DNA from: a virus
Lineage: Duplodnaviria > Heunggongvirae > Uroviricota > Caudoviricetes
Direction: 5' to 3' (one strand)
Length of the DNA stretch: 64,000 nucleotides
Virus record (IMG/VR): IMGVR_UViG_3300042256_000013
Span: 307,105 to 371,104 of that record
The translations under genes and the position numbers were made by a program. Positions within the stretch are counted from its first letter, which is position 1, and every line of letters starts with the position of its first letter. The notes beneath the pieces were generated by a model. The model was given only the letters and a program-made list of their open reading frames with translations. It was not told the origin of the DNA and made no database searches. Positions 20,866-30,880 of this stretch are shown piece by piece.

Positions 20866-21770
20866 TATAGACTCCGAATAAATTTAAATGCATTATCCAA
20901 ATATGCAACAATATTCATTGCTCCAATGGGATTGGCACTATGAACATGATATTCAAATGGACTTCCAATTTGATTATCAATCATGTACTCAACTAAGAAT
21001 TTAGCAAAGGTATATCCCGTTTCTTCATCTTCATTTTCAGTATCGCCTAAATCGTGATCGAAAGAAATAAAGGACGGCAACCCATGTTCGTTGACGTAAT
21101 CAACTGCTTCTTGATATGTGCGACAAACAACCATTTCCTCATTAGGATAGTACTTTTCAACATCACGAAGATCATCCAAGAACATCTTATATGAAGTTTC
21201 AGTTTTGTCATCATCCACATAGTCAATAAGCAGATTCTTTGAGCGAACAAGCTTCATCAGTTCAAATTTAGCAGTACCGACAAAGTTTTGTTCTAACAGA
21301 ATGTTCCAACCACATTCAATCTTGTTACCTTTAAGGTAACGACATGTATGTAATAAGTTCACACCTGCATTTTCAGCAGCAAAGTGTACGCCATTATGTG
21401 CGTTATTACGAATTTCCAGAAGTTCATCATATGATACTTCTAACGAAAACGCATGGTTGTGAGAACCAATTACGGTATTTTTATAACTTACCAATGGTTG
21501 TAAACGATCCATCGGTAAATCATAATCGATTTCTTCTTTGGCTTCACGCATAACAGCGATTTCCAGACTTGGGTCATCGTGTTCTACCATTCCACCTACT
21601 GCACCCAGCAAACCATCATACCGCAATTCTGACAGTACTAAACTAACGTTAGGAATGTCATTATAAGGATAGTTAGCATAAGGAGTACAGTCTTTTGCAT
21701 AAATCCATACGAACACACAATCATAACGTTCAGATCGTGTGCCGAATGGAATTTCTTGATACATAGCCAC
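20865..21770 (-). CDS. NUDT16-like Nudix hydrolase fused to a cyclic-phosphate-processing receiver-like domain
   Basis: LRYDGLLGAVGGMVE...REAKEE Nudix box; C-term FLDDLR...ISFDHDLG...TGY...HSANPIG. Confidence 0.75.
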   Translation of the reverse strand: MAMYQEIPFGTRSERYDCVFVWIYAKDCTPYANYPYNDIPNVSLVLSELRYDGLLGAVGGMVEHDDPSLEIAVMREAKEEIDYDLPMDRLQPLVSYKNTVIGSHNHAFSLEVSYDELLEIRNNAHNGVHFAAENAGVNLLHTCRYLKGNKIECGWNILLEQNFVGTAKFELMKLVRSKNLLIDYVDDDKTETSYKMFLDDLRDVEKYYPNEEMVVCRTYQEAVDYVNEHGLPSFISFDHDLGDTENEDEETGYTFAKFLVEYMIDNQIGSPFEYHVHSANPIGAMNIVAYLDNAFKFIRSL

Positions 21771-21781
21771 TTTGAGTACCT

Positions 21782-22567
21782 TTAGTATTCAGTTAAATCA
21801 GAAACATTCATACGTTGTTCTACGTACAATTCCAGAACTTCAATTGCCTCAGAAACTGGCTGATATAAGTTATAAGAAAAATAATCATCTTTCTCATGTT
21901 TTTCTGGATTCACGTTAACTACCAATGCATTTGTTGCGAGGCCAGCATAAATGCTCCAGGGAATAACAGTGTCTGAAGAACCAATTACAATGACAGTATC
22001 TTGGAAAGTTAAACTATCCAGTACTGAATACAGATCATCATAAATGTGTTTACGAACACCATCTTTGAACCAGAACGTTTCGCCGAACATTACTACATTA
22101 GGTTTAGAAATAACACCATCAGTTGGTGTATGTTCTGTATAACCAATATCACGAACTCGGTAGTTCTGATCATTAGTACTGTACGGTTCTACAACTTCAG
22201 TTAAGAAACCATGTAAGTGCATTGCAGTACCACCAGCACGTTCAGCAAGGTCATCAACGTTAGCAGTAATGTGAATTACATTTTCATCTCCGTAGAGTTG
22301 TTGCATACGTGCGATGAACTCATGACCAACATTCGGTTCATAGTTCTGAAGACCAACTCGCATGTTATTGTAGAAACGGTGAACCAGATCATAGTTAATG
22401 TCAAACGTTGCAATATTGCAAACTGTATCTACACTAACACCATCCCACAAGCCTTCTCCGGCAGCATCACGGAAAGTCTGAATTCCAGATTCTTTGGATA
22501 GTCCTGCACCAGTTGCAAATACAAGTCGTGGTTGGCCTTTATTTGCCAGAAAGCTTTCGAGATTCAT
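21782..22567 (-). CDS. Sir2/CobB-family NAD-dependent deacylase
   Basis: TGAGLSKESGIQTFRD, PNVGH, TANVDDL, HLHG, KPNVVMFGE, IGSS, NVNP. Confidence 0.9.
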   Translation of the reverse strand: MNLESFLANKGQPRLVFATGAGLSKESGIQTFRDAAGEGLWDGVSVDTVCNIATFDINYDLVHRFYNNMRVGLQNYEPNVGHEFIARMQQLYGDENVIHITANVDDLAERAGGTAMHLHGFLTEVVEPYSTNDQNYRVRDIGYTEHTPTDGVISKPNVVMFGETFWFKDGVRKHIYDDLYSVLDSLTFQDTVIVIGSSDTVIPWSIYAGLATNALVVNVNPEKHEKDDYFSYNLYQPVSEAIEVLELYVEQRMNVSDLTEY

Positions 22568-22808
22568 TTGTTACCCTTATAAGTGAGAAAAATATAGTCG
22601 GCATCCACAATTAGGACACTTAGGTTCTTTGATGTAATACCCATCAGTACTTGGTACTGTTCGTGGAGCATCTTTAATAACATAAGCATTAAAACAACGT
22701 ATACAAGTTACTTTGTTATTAGCTGCTGGCTGGTCATCAACCCATTTACCAGAATATAAACGTTTTAAATGTGCTTCTAATTCTTCTGGAGTCATTATGT
22801 GATTCCTA

Positions 22809-23255
22809 TTAAACAGTAACTTTCAATTGCTCATTCCCGAAGGTTAATTCTTCTGGAAGAACACCAAGATTAAAAACTAAATTAATAAGATCTTCATCAG
22901 TATCTTTAGGCTTATACACAATACTCATATGACATTTAAGGTCATCGAATTTATGTTTAAATCCAGCATTTGTTAATTCTTTATACCGTTGTTGAATTTC
23001 TGGAGCATCAAGTAGTAGTACTATTGCTTCCCATTCACCACCAGGTTTACCAAGTCGTTCAACACCAGTGATTTTTGCTTTATACTTCTTATCATTGGTA
23101 AGTAAATCTATTTCAGGATTACTTTCATCCTGCATCACTGTAACATGAAATTGTGAGGGTGTCAAGCATTCAACACCCGCAATTTTAAATATTTTTTGGA
23201 TCTCTTTTGCCTGGTCAATATCCAGATCTAATCCAACATAACCTTTTCCTGCCAT
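22809..23255 (-). CDS. 2H phosphoesterase, T4 gp57B/Acb1-like (candidate anti-CBASS nuclease)
   Basis: Paired HxT/HxS motifs FHVTV and CHMSIVY; size and KGYVG N-terminus fit the family. Confidence 0.7.
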   Translation of the reverse strand: MAGKGYVGLDLDIDQAKEIQKIFKIAGVECLTPSQFHVTVMQDESNPEIDLLTNDKKYKAKITGVERLGKPGGEWEAIVLLLDAPEIQQRYKELTNAGFKHKFDDLKCHMSIVYKPKDTDEDLINLVFNLGVLPEELTFGNEQLKVTV

Positions 23256-23464
23256 TATACACCTTTACATCGTTAAAATCAAGTATCCTAATACTATTAG
23301 GAACACACCTGCTATAACGAATAAAGACACTCCAGAAAAGATATAAAATCCTTTTTTAAACGTCATAGGACGTTCTTTGAATCTCGTTTTGTATTCTGAA
23401 TAAGTCAGAAACCCAATAACGAAATACGCCAGTACTGTTAGAAATAGCATGTATGTTAACATAT

Positions 23465-24385
23465 TTAATAATCCCGTTCTTTATCATCACGGTACTTTTC
23501 AGCTAAATCAGCAACACTTTTATGAAAAGCAATGTGGGTATTGTAGTTAAACGCTTGACCACCAGAAATTGAAGGAACAACCTGAATATTCAATTGACGA
23601 AGATTAGTTTCAAAAACTGATAAACCAATAATTTCTTCAGCATATACCAAATAATCAGTCATCTTGAAATCAAATTTACGCTGAACACCAGAACGTTCAA
23701 TATGAACATTCTCATAAAAAGGCAATGGTGGACGCTTAAATTCTGCCAACATCAATGCCATATTAATTTCAGCCCATACCTTTTCTTCTAAAGTTTCTTC
23801 TTCAAGATTTTCGGCAATAACTTTTGATTCGTATTCAGGAATAAAAGTTTCATGATTAATGAAATAATCATAATGTGGATGACTGCGAATTTTCTCTACA
23901 TGTTCATTAGTACTGAAAGTACCAGCATAGTACGTGAATTCTGAACTTAATGTTTCGTAGATATGTTTATGGACGGCATATATTGAAATAGGTAATTCAT
24001 AAACTTCATTATCATAACCTGTATATTGAATGTTGATACCATCATTCCAGATAATATCTTGAACATCATCAAATGTAAATGTCCAAGATTCAGGTTTATC
24101 CATATCTTCTTCAAGAAGAAAATCTTCTTTGTTCAAATTAGCACAAAGAAACCTATTATAAATTTCCCAAATTTCACGATTCCTGGTAGTTTCTTCAAGT
24201 TTGTACTTACCATAATCATTATAATAACCCGTCATCGGTAAACCAATAAGTTTGTGGAAATGATCGTTGTATAAGATTTTAGTACGATCTATACCAGGAG
24301 CAGCTACCGCTAATAAAATTACAACTTCATCTTTTTCACCAATAGGAAGTTGAGATACAGCACAAGAAGTGTTAAAAGAACCCAT
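23465..24385 (-). CDS. Hypothetical phage protein
   Basis: MGSFNTSCAVSQLPI...YNDYG. Confidence 0.6.
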   Translation of the reverse strand: MGSFNTSCAVSQLPIGEKDEVVILLAVAAPGIDRTKILYNDHFHKLIGLPMTGYYNDYGKYKLEETTRNREIWEIYNRFLCANLNKEDFLLEEDMDKPESWTFTFDDVQDIIWNDGINIQYTGYDNEVYELPISIYAVHKHIYETLSSEFTYYAGTFSTNEHVEKIRSHPHYDYFINHETFIPEYESKVIAENLEEETLEEKVWAEINMALMLAEFKRPPLPFYENVHIERSGVQRKFDFKMTDYLVYAEEIIGLSVFETNLRQLNIQVVPSISGGQAFNYNTHIAFHKSVADLAEKYRDDKERDY

Positions 24386-24645
24386 TTTAGGCAATCCATA
24401 TATAGTAAAGTGTTATGGTAAAGTACGCACCAAATGCAATAGTTGCAAGTACTGTTAGTGCAAATATACCATATTTTGATAATGATTCTTTCCAATTTGT
24501 AGGTTTAATAAACCCCATCATACCAGAAGTTATGAACAAGTTTAGTAAAGCTGGAAATAGTACTGCTAAACCAAATCCTACAGACATTATGGTTAGAGCA
24601 ACATCTTTGAGAATTTCAAGCATGATATATGTACCTTTTTAAATT

Positions 24646-24673
24646 AAAAAGAAGGGAGAGCAATGCTCTCCCT
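24646..24673 (-). terminator. Intrinsic terminator after nadV
   Basis: AGGGAGAGCA/TGCTCTCCCT stem. Confidence 0.8.
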
Positions 24674-24678
24674 AAGTC

Positions 24679-26193
24679 TTACAAACCTTTGTTCGCTCGC
24701 TCACGAACATCATCAAAGTTACTGAGATTGAAAATCTCACCATCGATGTAAATATCAACCATCATATCTTTAAGGAAGTGGTTGACTTCCTGAAGCTCAA
24801 TGCGTTCAGCAATGATTTTGTGTGAATTGGTGCATTCATAGGTAGTCACACGACCACGCAGAGAACGTTTACCCACATCAGTGATTGGATCTTTGAACAG
24901 ATCTTCCCACGTGCCATCAGCCAATTGCTGAGCAGAACCTTTCATTGCGAATGAATAGGTATCGCGACCTTTTTCTGGATGAACCAGTTTACCACCCATA
25001 CCGAACACAAGGTTCTCAATGGAATAGTTCTTAGCTTCCAAGTTCGCAACGATTTGGCGAATGCTGTCTTCGTTGATACCATCACCCTGAATTACACCGA
25101 TGAAACTTGGCAGTACTTTGAAGCCATTAGCATTCAGAGTAGTACCGAATTTGTCTGCCAGAATATCCAGGATCTCAATTGGCATAGTAGTAGCATCACC
25201 ACTATCTGGACGCATGACAAGACGAGCACCAGGACAACGTGCTGCGATTTCAATGATCATCTCTTTCAGACGAGTACCGATGAATTCACGAACGAAGCGG
25301 TAAGCATCATACGTATCAATTACTATTGAAACGATCGGTGGAACACCTTTCGAACCTTTAGCAATGAACGCATCAACTTTTTTCTCCCACAACCGAACCA
25401 TTTTCAGAGCCATATTAAAGTCGTCGCGTTTGTCTGCGTCAGAGTTAGAGCAAGTAGCACTATGCTCAGAAGCAGTTACTGAACTCAAATATGCTTTGTC
25501 AGTGTGGAAGTATTTTTTAATGTAACGGTTCGCAGACAGACAATCAGAACCACTGAAGATCATTGCGTGAGACATACCCGCCAGAATCGCTGATTCAAAG
25601 CTGGATGCACCGCGATCACCGAAGTTGTGAAGATGGTAGTCAACAAAGCGATGCCCTGCGTGACGTTCCATAGTGTCTGCTAAAAACTCTTTAATGCTGC
25701 GAGCATTACTTGCTACAGTAGTAGGGAACCACACTGCACGTTGCAACTGAGTCTCGATATAACTTGCGATAACGCAAACACGAGGGTCAGTACTGAAAGA
25801 ACGTACCAGAGGGCAACCAACCGGAACTAAAGTACCTTCAGGAACAGCACGGATATGTACAGGAATTTTACCGCCATGTACTTCCAGAATATGTTCCCAA
25901 AAACCGCGATCAAAATCATCGCCACGTTGTTCGGTTTCAAGTTCTGCTTCATCAATATCATCAATTGTAATAGTGATATTCAAATACTTCTGAACGTAGT
26001 ATTGAAGACCAGCCATTACAACATGTGTTGCGTACTTTGAAGGTTTACGAGCGATGATGTTACTTTCAAGAGCTACTACGCCCTCTTTCATCATGAAGCC
26101 GTGACCAGTTTTATACGAGTCAACGTTGAGGATAAAGTTTACGTTATCAGAGAACTCTGTAACGCCGTTAAAAGTTTTGTTAGTATTAGTCAT
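24679..26193 (-). CDS. nadV: Nicotinamide phosphoribosyltransferase (Nampt)
   Basis: VDSYKTGH, HNFGDRG, ASEHS, SIVIDTYD, RPDSGD, IQGDGI, FGMGG, KDPITDVGKRS. Confidence 0.95.
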   Translation of the reverse strand: MTNTNKTFNGVTEFSDNVNFILNVDSYKTGHGFMMKEGVVALESNIIARKPSKYATHVVMAGLQYYVQKYLNITITIDDIDEAELETEQRGDDFDRGFWEHILEVHGGKIPVHIRAVPEGTLVPVGCPLVRSFSTDPRVCVIASYIETQLQRAVWFPTTVASNARSIKEFLADTMERHAGHRFVDYHLHNFGDRGASSFESAILAGMSHAMIFSGSDCLSANRYIKKYFHTDKAYLSSVTASEHSATCSNSDADKRDDFNMALKMVRLWEKKVDAFIAKGSKGVPPIVSIVIDTYDAYRFVREFIGTRLKEMIIEIAARCPGARLVMRPDSGDATTMPIEILDILADKFGTTLNANGFKVLPSFIGVIQGDGINEDSIRQIVANLEAKNYSIENLVFGMGGKLVHPEKGRDTYSFAMKGSAQQLADGTWEDLFKDPITDVGKRSLRGRVTTYECTNSHKIIAERIELQEVNHFLKDMMVDIYIDGEIFNLSNFDDVRERANKGL

Positions 26194-26195
26194 AT

Positions 26196-26260
26196 CTAAG
26201 ACTCCCTTAGTTATTAAGTTTAAGTGAAAGCTACAACGCTTTCATTATTTGGTTATACCA
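26196..26260 (-). promoter_or_regulatory. nadV leader: extended -10 (TGGTATAAC), GUUGUA-loop hairpin, SD-containing hairpin
   Basis: Second copy at 27913-27980 with compensatory stem changes. Confidence 0.7.
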
Positions 26261-26771
26261 AATGCTGTAATAAATTTACTGGTATTTTTGCCAATAAAGT
26301 TCGTGGTTCGAACATATCAGAATGTACCCTGATATATGAGGATATATCATACGGATTATTATACAGATTCAACGCAATTGCATCAAGTGAAAACTCATAC
26401 AAGTCTCCATATTCATCTGAATTACAGTAATGAAGTGTGCCATCTTTTTGCATTGAAATTTCAGTAATATCACGTGCTACAAATAAATTTCCCCGATCTA
26501 TTTGTCCAAAGTACGTTTGTGCCATTCGATCACTCTTATGCGGTACTAGACCATTATTTGTGCCATAAGTTCTTAGTGCGAATATACGGTTAGTTTCTTC
26601 AGTTTCTGGTTCACTCAGAACCATCTTAATCAAATATTGTATCGGGTCAATATGCTCAATGTTATCAGGTATTTTGTACTCTGTCAAGCATATTTTTTTC
26701 ATAAAATTATCACGATTATCTGAAATGTATTTCATTTCATTGAAAAATCGTTCAGGTTGACAAAATAACAT
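26253..26771 (-). CDS. Hypothetical protein between natV and nadV
   Basis: ORF with SD (GAGG). Confidence 0.55.
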   Translation of the reverse strand: MLFCQPERFFNEMKYISDNRDNFMKKICLTEYKIPDNIEHIDPIQYLIKMVLSEPETEETNRIFALRTYGTNNGLVPHKSDRMAQTYFGQIDRGNLFVARDITEISMQKDGTLHYCNSDEYGDLYEFSLDAIALNLYNNPYDISSYIRVHSDMFEPRTLLAKIPVNLLQHLV

Positions 26772-26786
26772 AATATCCTCTCAATT

Positions 26787-26811
26787 AAAATGGAGTACCT
26801 TTCAGTACTCC
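26787..26811 (-). terminator. Intrinsic terminator after natV
   Basis: GGAGTAC-TGAAAG-GTACTCC-ATTTT. Confidence 0.7.
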
Positions 26812-26818
26812 AAAACTC

Positions 26819-27910
26819 TTACAGAATACCCAGGAAAGTATCAATGATACTCAAATGGTCTTCAAAGAATTTATCACGATTCTTAACCAACTCACCCAGC
26901 GGCATCCAGAATGCTTTTTCAGCATCATCAGAACCTTTTACTTTTGGTAAAGTATTGTCCTGAAGTTGGATATGTGCACAACGGGTAATGATACGCCAAC
27001 GAAGTGAACGATTGAAATCACCGAATTCCATACTTTCACGGATTGAACCTTCCAGTACTTTCATCGGAACATCAATCTTCGTTTCTTCTTTGAGTTCACG
27101 AAGTGCAGTTTGAACCTGATCTTTGTCTTGCCATGCGTCAAAGAACCCGCCAGGAAGTGCGTATAAACCTTTACCTGGGAAAGTACGACGCTTAACCAAA
27201 AGTACGTGACCAGCACAAATTACCAGAGCATCACCCGTCAAGAACGGAATGTTGTCATACGGTAGTTTTTCTTTCATCTCTGAACGATAACGTTGTACAA
27301 AATTGAATTCGCCAATCAGGTTATCGAACACCATTGGTTTCGTTTTCATGAACTTTTCCAGAAACTCTTTAGTTTCTTCTGGAAGAGATTCAGGAACTTG
27401 TTTAGTACTGAAGAACTGATGACGCATTGCAGTACTGTTAAAGGTTTCATTTTCGAGACGATCACCTTTATTAACTACATGCGTAGCTTCCGTCACAAAA
27501 TCCTGATTCCACTGCGGGAAGAAGTTCAGATAGAAAGTACTTGCATCAGCTTCTTTCTGACAACCAGTAATGAAAATATTTTCACTTTGAGTTACAGATT
27601 TCACTTTTTCATGAACTTCCATCAACCATTTGCTGTTGTTATATACGTAGTCGTGGATTGGAAGGATGTTAACCTTAACCGAACGTCCTTTAGCCCATTC
27701 TGCTTGTGCTAAACGACTAGACATAGCATCCAGTACTTGCTTGCGTTCTTCGAAGGTAAACGGATTCTTTGAATCACGTGCCATATCAGAAGAACCAACC
27801 AGGATTACCAAACGGTCTGAATTTTCTAATGCGTGTTTAATGGTAGCTTCATGACCAGCATGTGCCATCTGGAAACGACCAATATATACATAAACTTTTT
27901 CGTTTTTCAT
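26819..27910 (-). CDS. natV: Bifunctional NMN adenylyltransferase / Nudix ADP-ribose pyrophosphatase (NadM-Nudix)
   Basis: YIGRFQMAHAGH (HxGH), KNPFTFEER, NSTAMR; Nudix ALPGGF...ALRELKEET, GSDDA; start moved to MKNEKV. Confidence 0.93.
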   Translation of the reverse strand: MKNEKVYVYIGRFQMAHAGHEATIKHALENSDRLVILVGSSDMARDSKNPFTFEERKQVLDAMSSRLAQAEWAKGRSVKVNILPIHDYVYNNSKWLMEVHEKVKSVTQSENIFITGCQKEADASTFYLNFFPQWNQDFVTEATHVVNKGDRLENETFNSTAMRHQFFSTKQVPESLPEETKEFLEKFMKTKPMVFDNLIGEFNFVQRYRSEMKEKLPYDNIPFLTGDALVICAGHVLLVKRRTFPGKGLYALPGGFFDAWQDKDQVQTALRELKEETKIDVPMKVLEGSIRESMEFGDFNRSLRWRIITRCAHIQLQDNTLPKVKGSDDAEKAFWMPLGELVKNRDKFFEDHLSIIDTFLGIL

Positions 27911-27912
27911 TT

Positions 27913-28058
27913 CTAAGACTCCCTTAGTCATTATTGAGACAAGGCTACAACGCCTTGATGTTTGTATTATAGCATAAAAATCAGCGTCGTTCCAAGTTTT
28001 TTGGCTCGCTGACTCCATAGAACGATGAAATATTAGCAAATTATCTTATGGTCGTCAA
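27913..28058 (-). promoter_or_regulatory. natV leader (same two-hairpin motif) with two sigma70 promoters
   Basis: TTGGAA-N18-TATAAT (-10 at 27966-27971) and TTGACG-N17-TAATAT (28030-28058). Confidence 0.7.
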
Positions 28059-28160
28059 GCACTTTTTCGGTTTCGAAAGTAAATATTAATAGCAATAGCT
28101 TGTTTTCAGTATCATAATAAATACTGAATATAATTATATAACTTTCTTAGGAGACTAAAA

Positions 28161-29066
28161 ATGGGAAAACCAATTGCTGGTCGTAATAAATCTCCATTCG
28201 GTGTAGATGGTATCAATGTAGATGCTGCTGTTTTATCCGATGGTACACAATTGACTAATGTTCGCATTAGCAAACAACGTTCCATCAACGTATTTGATCT
28301 AATCAGTACTGATGGTGCAACACTATATCCATTCGTAAAAATTACAGGTGTTGATGCAACAGGTGCAAACCTTTCTGTTGCTGATGATGCTGATACTTTA
28401 GCTGGTAAATTAGCTAACGGTACTTTCTGCATTAGTATTGTTGATACTGCTGGTGATGTTGTTGGATTTGCTATCCGTCTACTACTAAACAAAGTAGTTC
28501 TACAAGATGGTTCAGTACAATTCTTGACAGATTATACTGGTCAAGGAGATCTAACTGTAGACGTAACTGGTGTAACTCTTACTCCAGCTACTTTAGCATT
28601 GAATGCAGGTGCTACACAACAACTAACTACTGTTGTTGCTCCAACTGATGCAACTAATAAATCAGTAACTTATACTTCAAGTACTACATCTGTAGCTACT
28701 GTAAGTTCAACTGGATTAGTAACTGCTGTAGCTAACGGTTCTTCAACTATCACAGTAACAACTGTTGATGGTTCATTTACTGATACTACTGCTGTAACTG
28801 TAACTACTCCGATAGCTTCAGTAACTCTTGCACCAAGTACTGTAACATTAAGTCTAACTGGAACTACTACGCAACAACTAACCCCAACTATTGCTCCTGC
28901 AACTGCAAGTAACAAAGCTGTTTCTTACGTTTCAAGTGCACCGGGTGTTGCAACTGTTAGTGCTTCTGGATTAGTAACTGCTGTAGCTGCGGGTTCTGCT
29001 ACTATCACTGTAACAACAACTGATGGTTCACATACTGCTACTTCTGCTATTACTGTAAACGCATAA
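28161..29066 (+). CDS. Virion protein with two Ig-like (Big_2) domains
   Basis: Two repeats VTLxP...QQLT...APxxAxNKxVxYxSS...VATVSxxGLVTAV; TAAATA late promoter at 28116-28123; the only clear plus-strand gene. Confidence 0.85.
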   Translation: MGKPIAGRNKSPFGVDGINVDAAVLSDGTQLTNVRISKQRSINVFDLISTDGATLYPFVKITGVDATGANLSVADDADTLAGKLANGTFCISIVDTAGDVVGFAIRLLLNKVVLQDGSVQFLTDYTGQGDLTVDVTGVTLTPATLALNAGATQQLTTVVAPTDATNKSVTYTSSTTSVATVSSTGLVTAVANGSSTITVTTVDGSFTDTTAVTVTTPIASVTLAPSTVTLSLTGTTTQQLTPTIAPATASNKAVSYVSSAPGVATVSASGLVTAVAAGSATITVTTTDGSHTATSAITVNA

Positions 29067-29087
29067 TTCTTAATTAAAAAATAGAAA

Positions 29088-29118
29088 CAAAAAAGGAGCC
29101 ATCAGGCTCCTTTTTTTA
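29088..29118. terminator. Bidirectional terminator between convergent genes
   Basis: A7-GGAGCC-ATCA-GGCTCC-T-run. Confidence 0.85.
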
Positions 29119-29378
29119 TGAGTTCAATTTTTGACATACAAAGTCGGCTTTCACCTTATCTTTGTACATTACGCGGAACCCGAATGCGTTAGTTACAGGT
29201 TCATCATATGTATCAAGTTCATTTACGATGAAGTACTGTTCTTTTGCTGCGTCGAATCGCACTTTATGGTTCTGCACATTTTTCTTTGAAAGTGGTTTCG
29301 TTTCATTGGAAAATGAATAAAGTATACCAACAATGCAAGCAACTAAAAGTAAAGCCATTACGATAAGAATGAGAGTTT

Positions 29379-29858
29379 TCATTTTGTATCCTCTATGTCC
29401 GATAGTCTTTCTACAATTATACCAGCATTTCTGAGCACGTCAAGTGCTTGTTCTGGGGTACGATGATATTCTGTATCATAAATGACACGCTTTATCCCGC
29501 TCCCCGCAATCAGCAAAGAACAGACATAACACGGCTGTAGAGTACAATACAGTGTTGCACCGTCTCTGTCAACTGGATTTGCAAATAAAAGTGCATTATG
29601 TTCAGCATGAAGTTCATGAAGTTGACTCCATTCATGATGTTCATGTTTAGCTTCATCAGAAACCCAATTTTGAAATTCACTATTATGTACTAAATGTGAA
29701 TTAGCATCACAACAATTTTCTTGTTTAGCTGGTGAACCATTATATCCAGTACTAACAATGCGGTCATTTTTAACAATAACTGCACCTACATGTTGAGAAA
29801 TACATTTACTTTCATCAGCTACTATTTTGGCGATATTCATCCAAGTTGAATGCTTCAT
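29379..29858 (-). CDS. dCMP deaminase
   Basis: SKC...VGAVIV...STGYNG, LHAEHNA, TLQPCYVC. Confidence 0.92.
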   Translation of the reverse strand: MKHSTWMNIAKIVADESKCISQHVGAVIVKNDRIVSTGYNGSPAKQENCCDANSHLVHNSEFQNWVSDEAKHEHHEWSQLHELHAEHNALLFANPVDRDGATLYCTLQPCYVCSLLIAGSGIKRVIYDTEYHRTPEQALDVLRNAGIIVERLSDIEDTK

Positions 29859-30880
29859 AATCTAACCCAATTCCTTTTGCTATTTCAATTGTTTCGTTTT
29901 GAAACGTTACCAAATCCTGATAGTATATAACATCTTTTTCTTCTATCTGGAATGGACGATCAGCGTATTTACTCCAACGCTCGAACGTCTTTATCAAGTC
30001 ATCTTTCTTGAAATAAAAATATGTGTCAGTGTGTTCTTCAAGATCTAATTCACCTTCAGTATATGGTGTCATTTTTTTAAGAACGCTCCATGAAGTATGT
30101 TTTTCATAAATTTTACCACCATAGAGACAACATTTTTCATTGTAGAAAAGCTTACCCCAAAATCCTGAACGGTATTTTTCAGTATATTCGTTCAGCATAA
30201 ACACATGACGGTCTTTAGATTTTTCAATAAGTAATTCATTCAACTTAATTACTTTTTCGAAATTTTTAATCCAAACACGCGTATTATGATCAGTCAGTTG
30301 TTTGTACAGCATTCTTTGCCTCGTAATAGTTTTTAGCCCGTTTAATATCAGACTCAATACATTCAAGTGTGCTAATATCATCCTTATCAAATTCAAATGG
30401 ACGATGTGCGTACTTAACAAGTATTTTATACCATTCACGAAAATCCCATCGTTCAAAGTAATAATAAGTACTACCAGCGGCTCGGTTTAGAATTTTAGTT
30501 TCTTCTTCAGTCCAACCAGGAACACCATATTTGATGAAATGATTTTCATAATACATCAATTTTGGGTCGAACTTACAGTACTCAAAGCTTTCAGTGAAAT
30601 TTTGCTCAAAGAACAAATAAGAAGACATATATGATTCTTCTCGATCATAAAAACCAAGTTTAGTACTTTCATTGTAGAAACACTTACAAATAAATGCATG
30701 TCTTGTTAATGGTTTACGTTTAAAAATTAAACCAGGTTTAAATGCATCCATATATTCTTTGTACTTAGCATCAAAGACTTTCACTGCATCTTTGTTAATA
30801 TCAATGATATAATTACAAATAAGTTTAATATTAGCAAGTAAATCATCAGTTTCTTGTGCTGTAAAAACACGTAATTTCAT
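29815..30880 (-). CDS. Tandem paralog pair of hypothetical proteins (29815..30312, 30290..30880)
   Basis: WSKYADRPFQIEEKDV versus LVKYAHRPFEFDKDDI; YTEGE versus WTEEE. Confidence 0.6.

Noticed and set aside
28560-29060. Direct repeats such as GGATTAGTAACTGCTGTAGCT as a CRISPR or DGR signal
   Set aside because: They are the two coding Ig-like domains; there are no spacers and no reverse transcriptase in the window.
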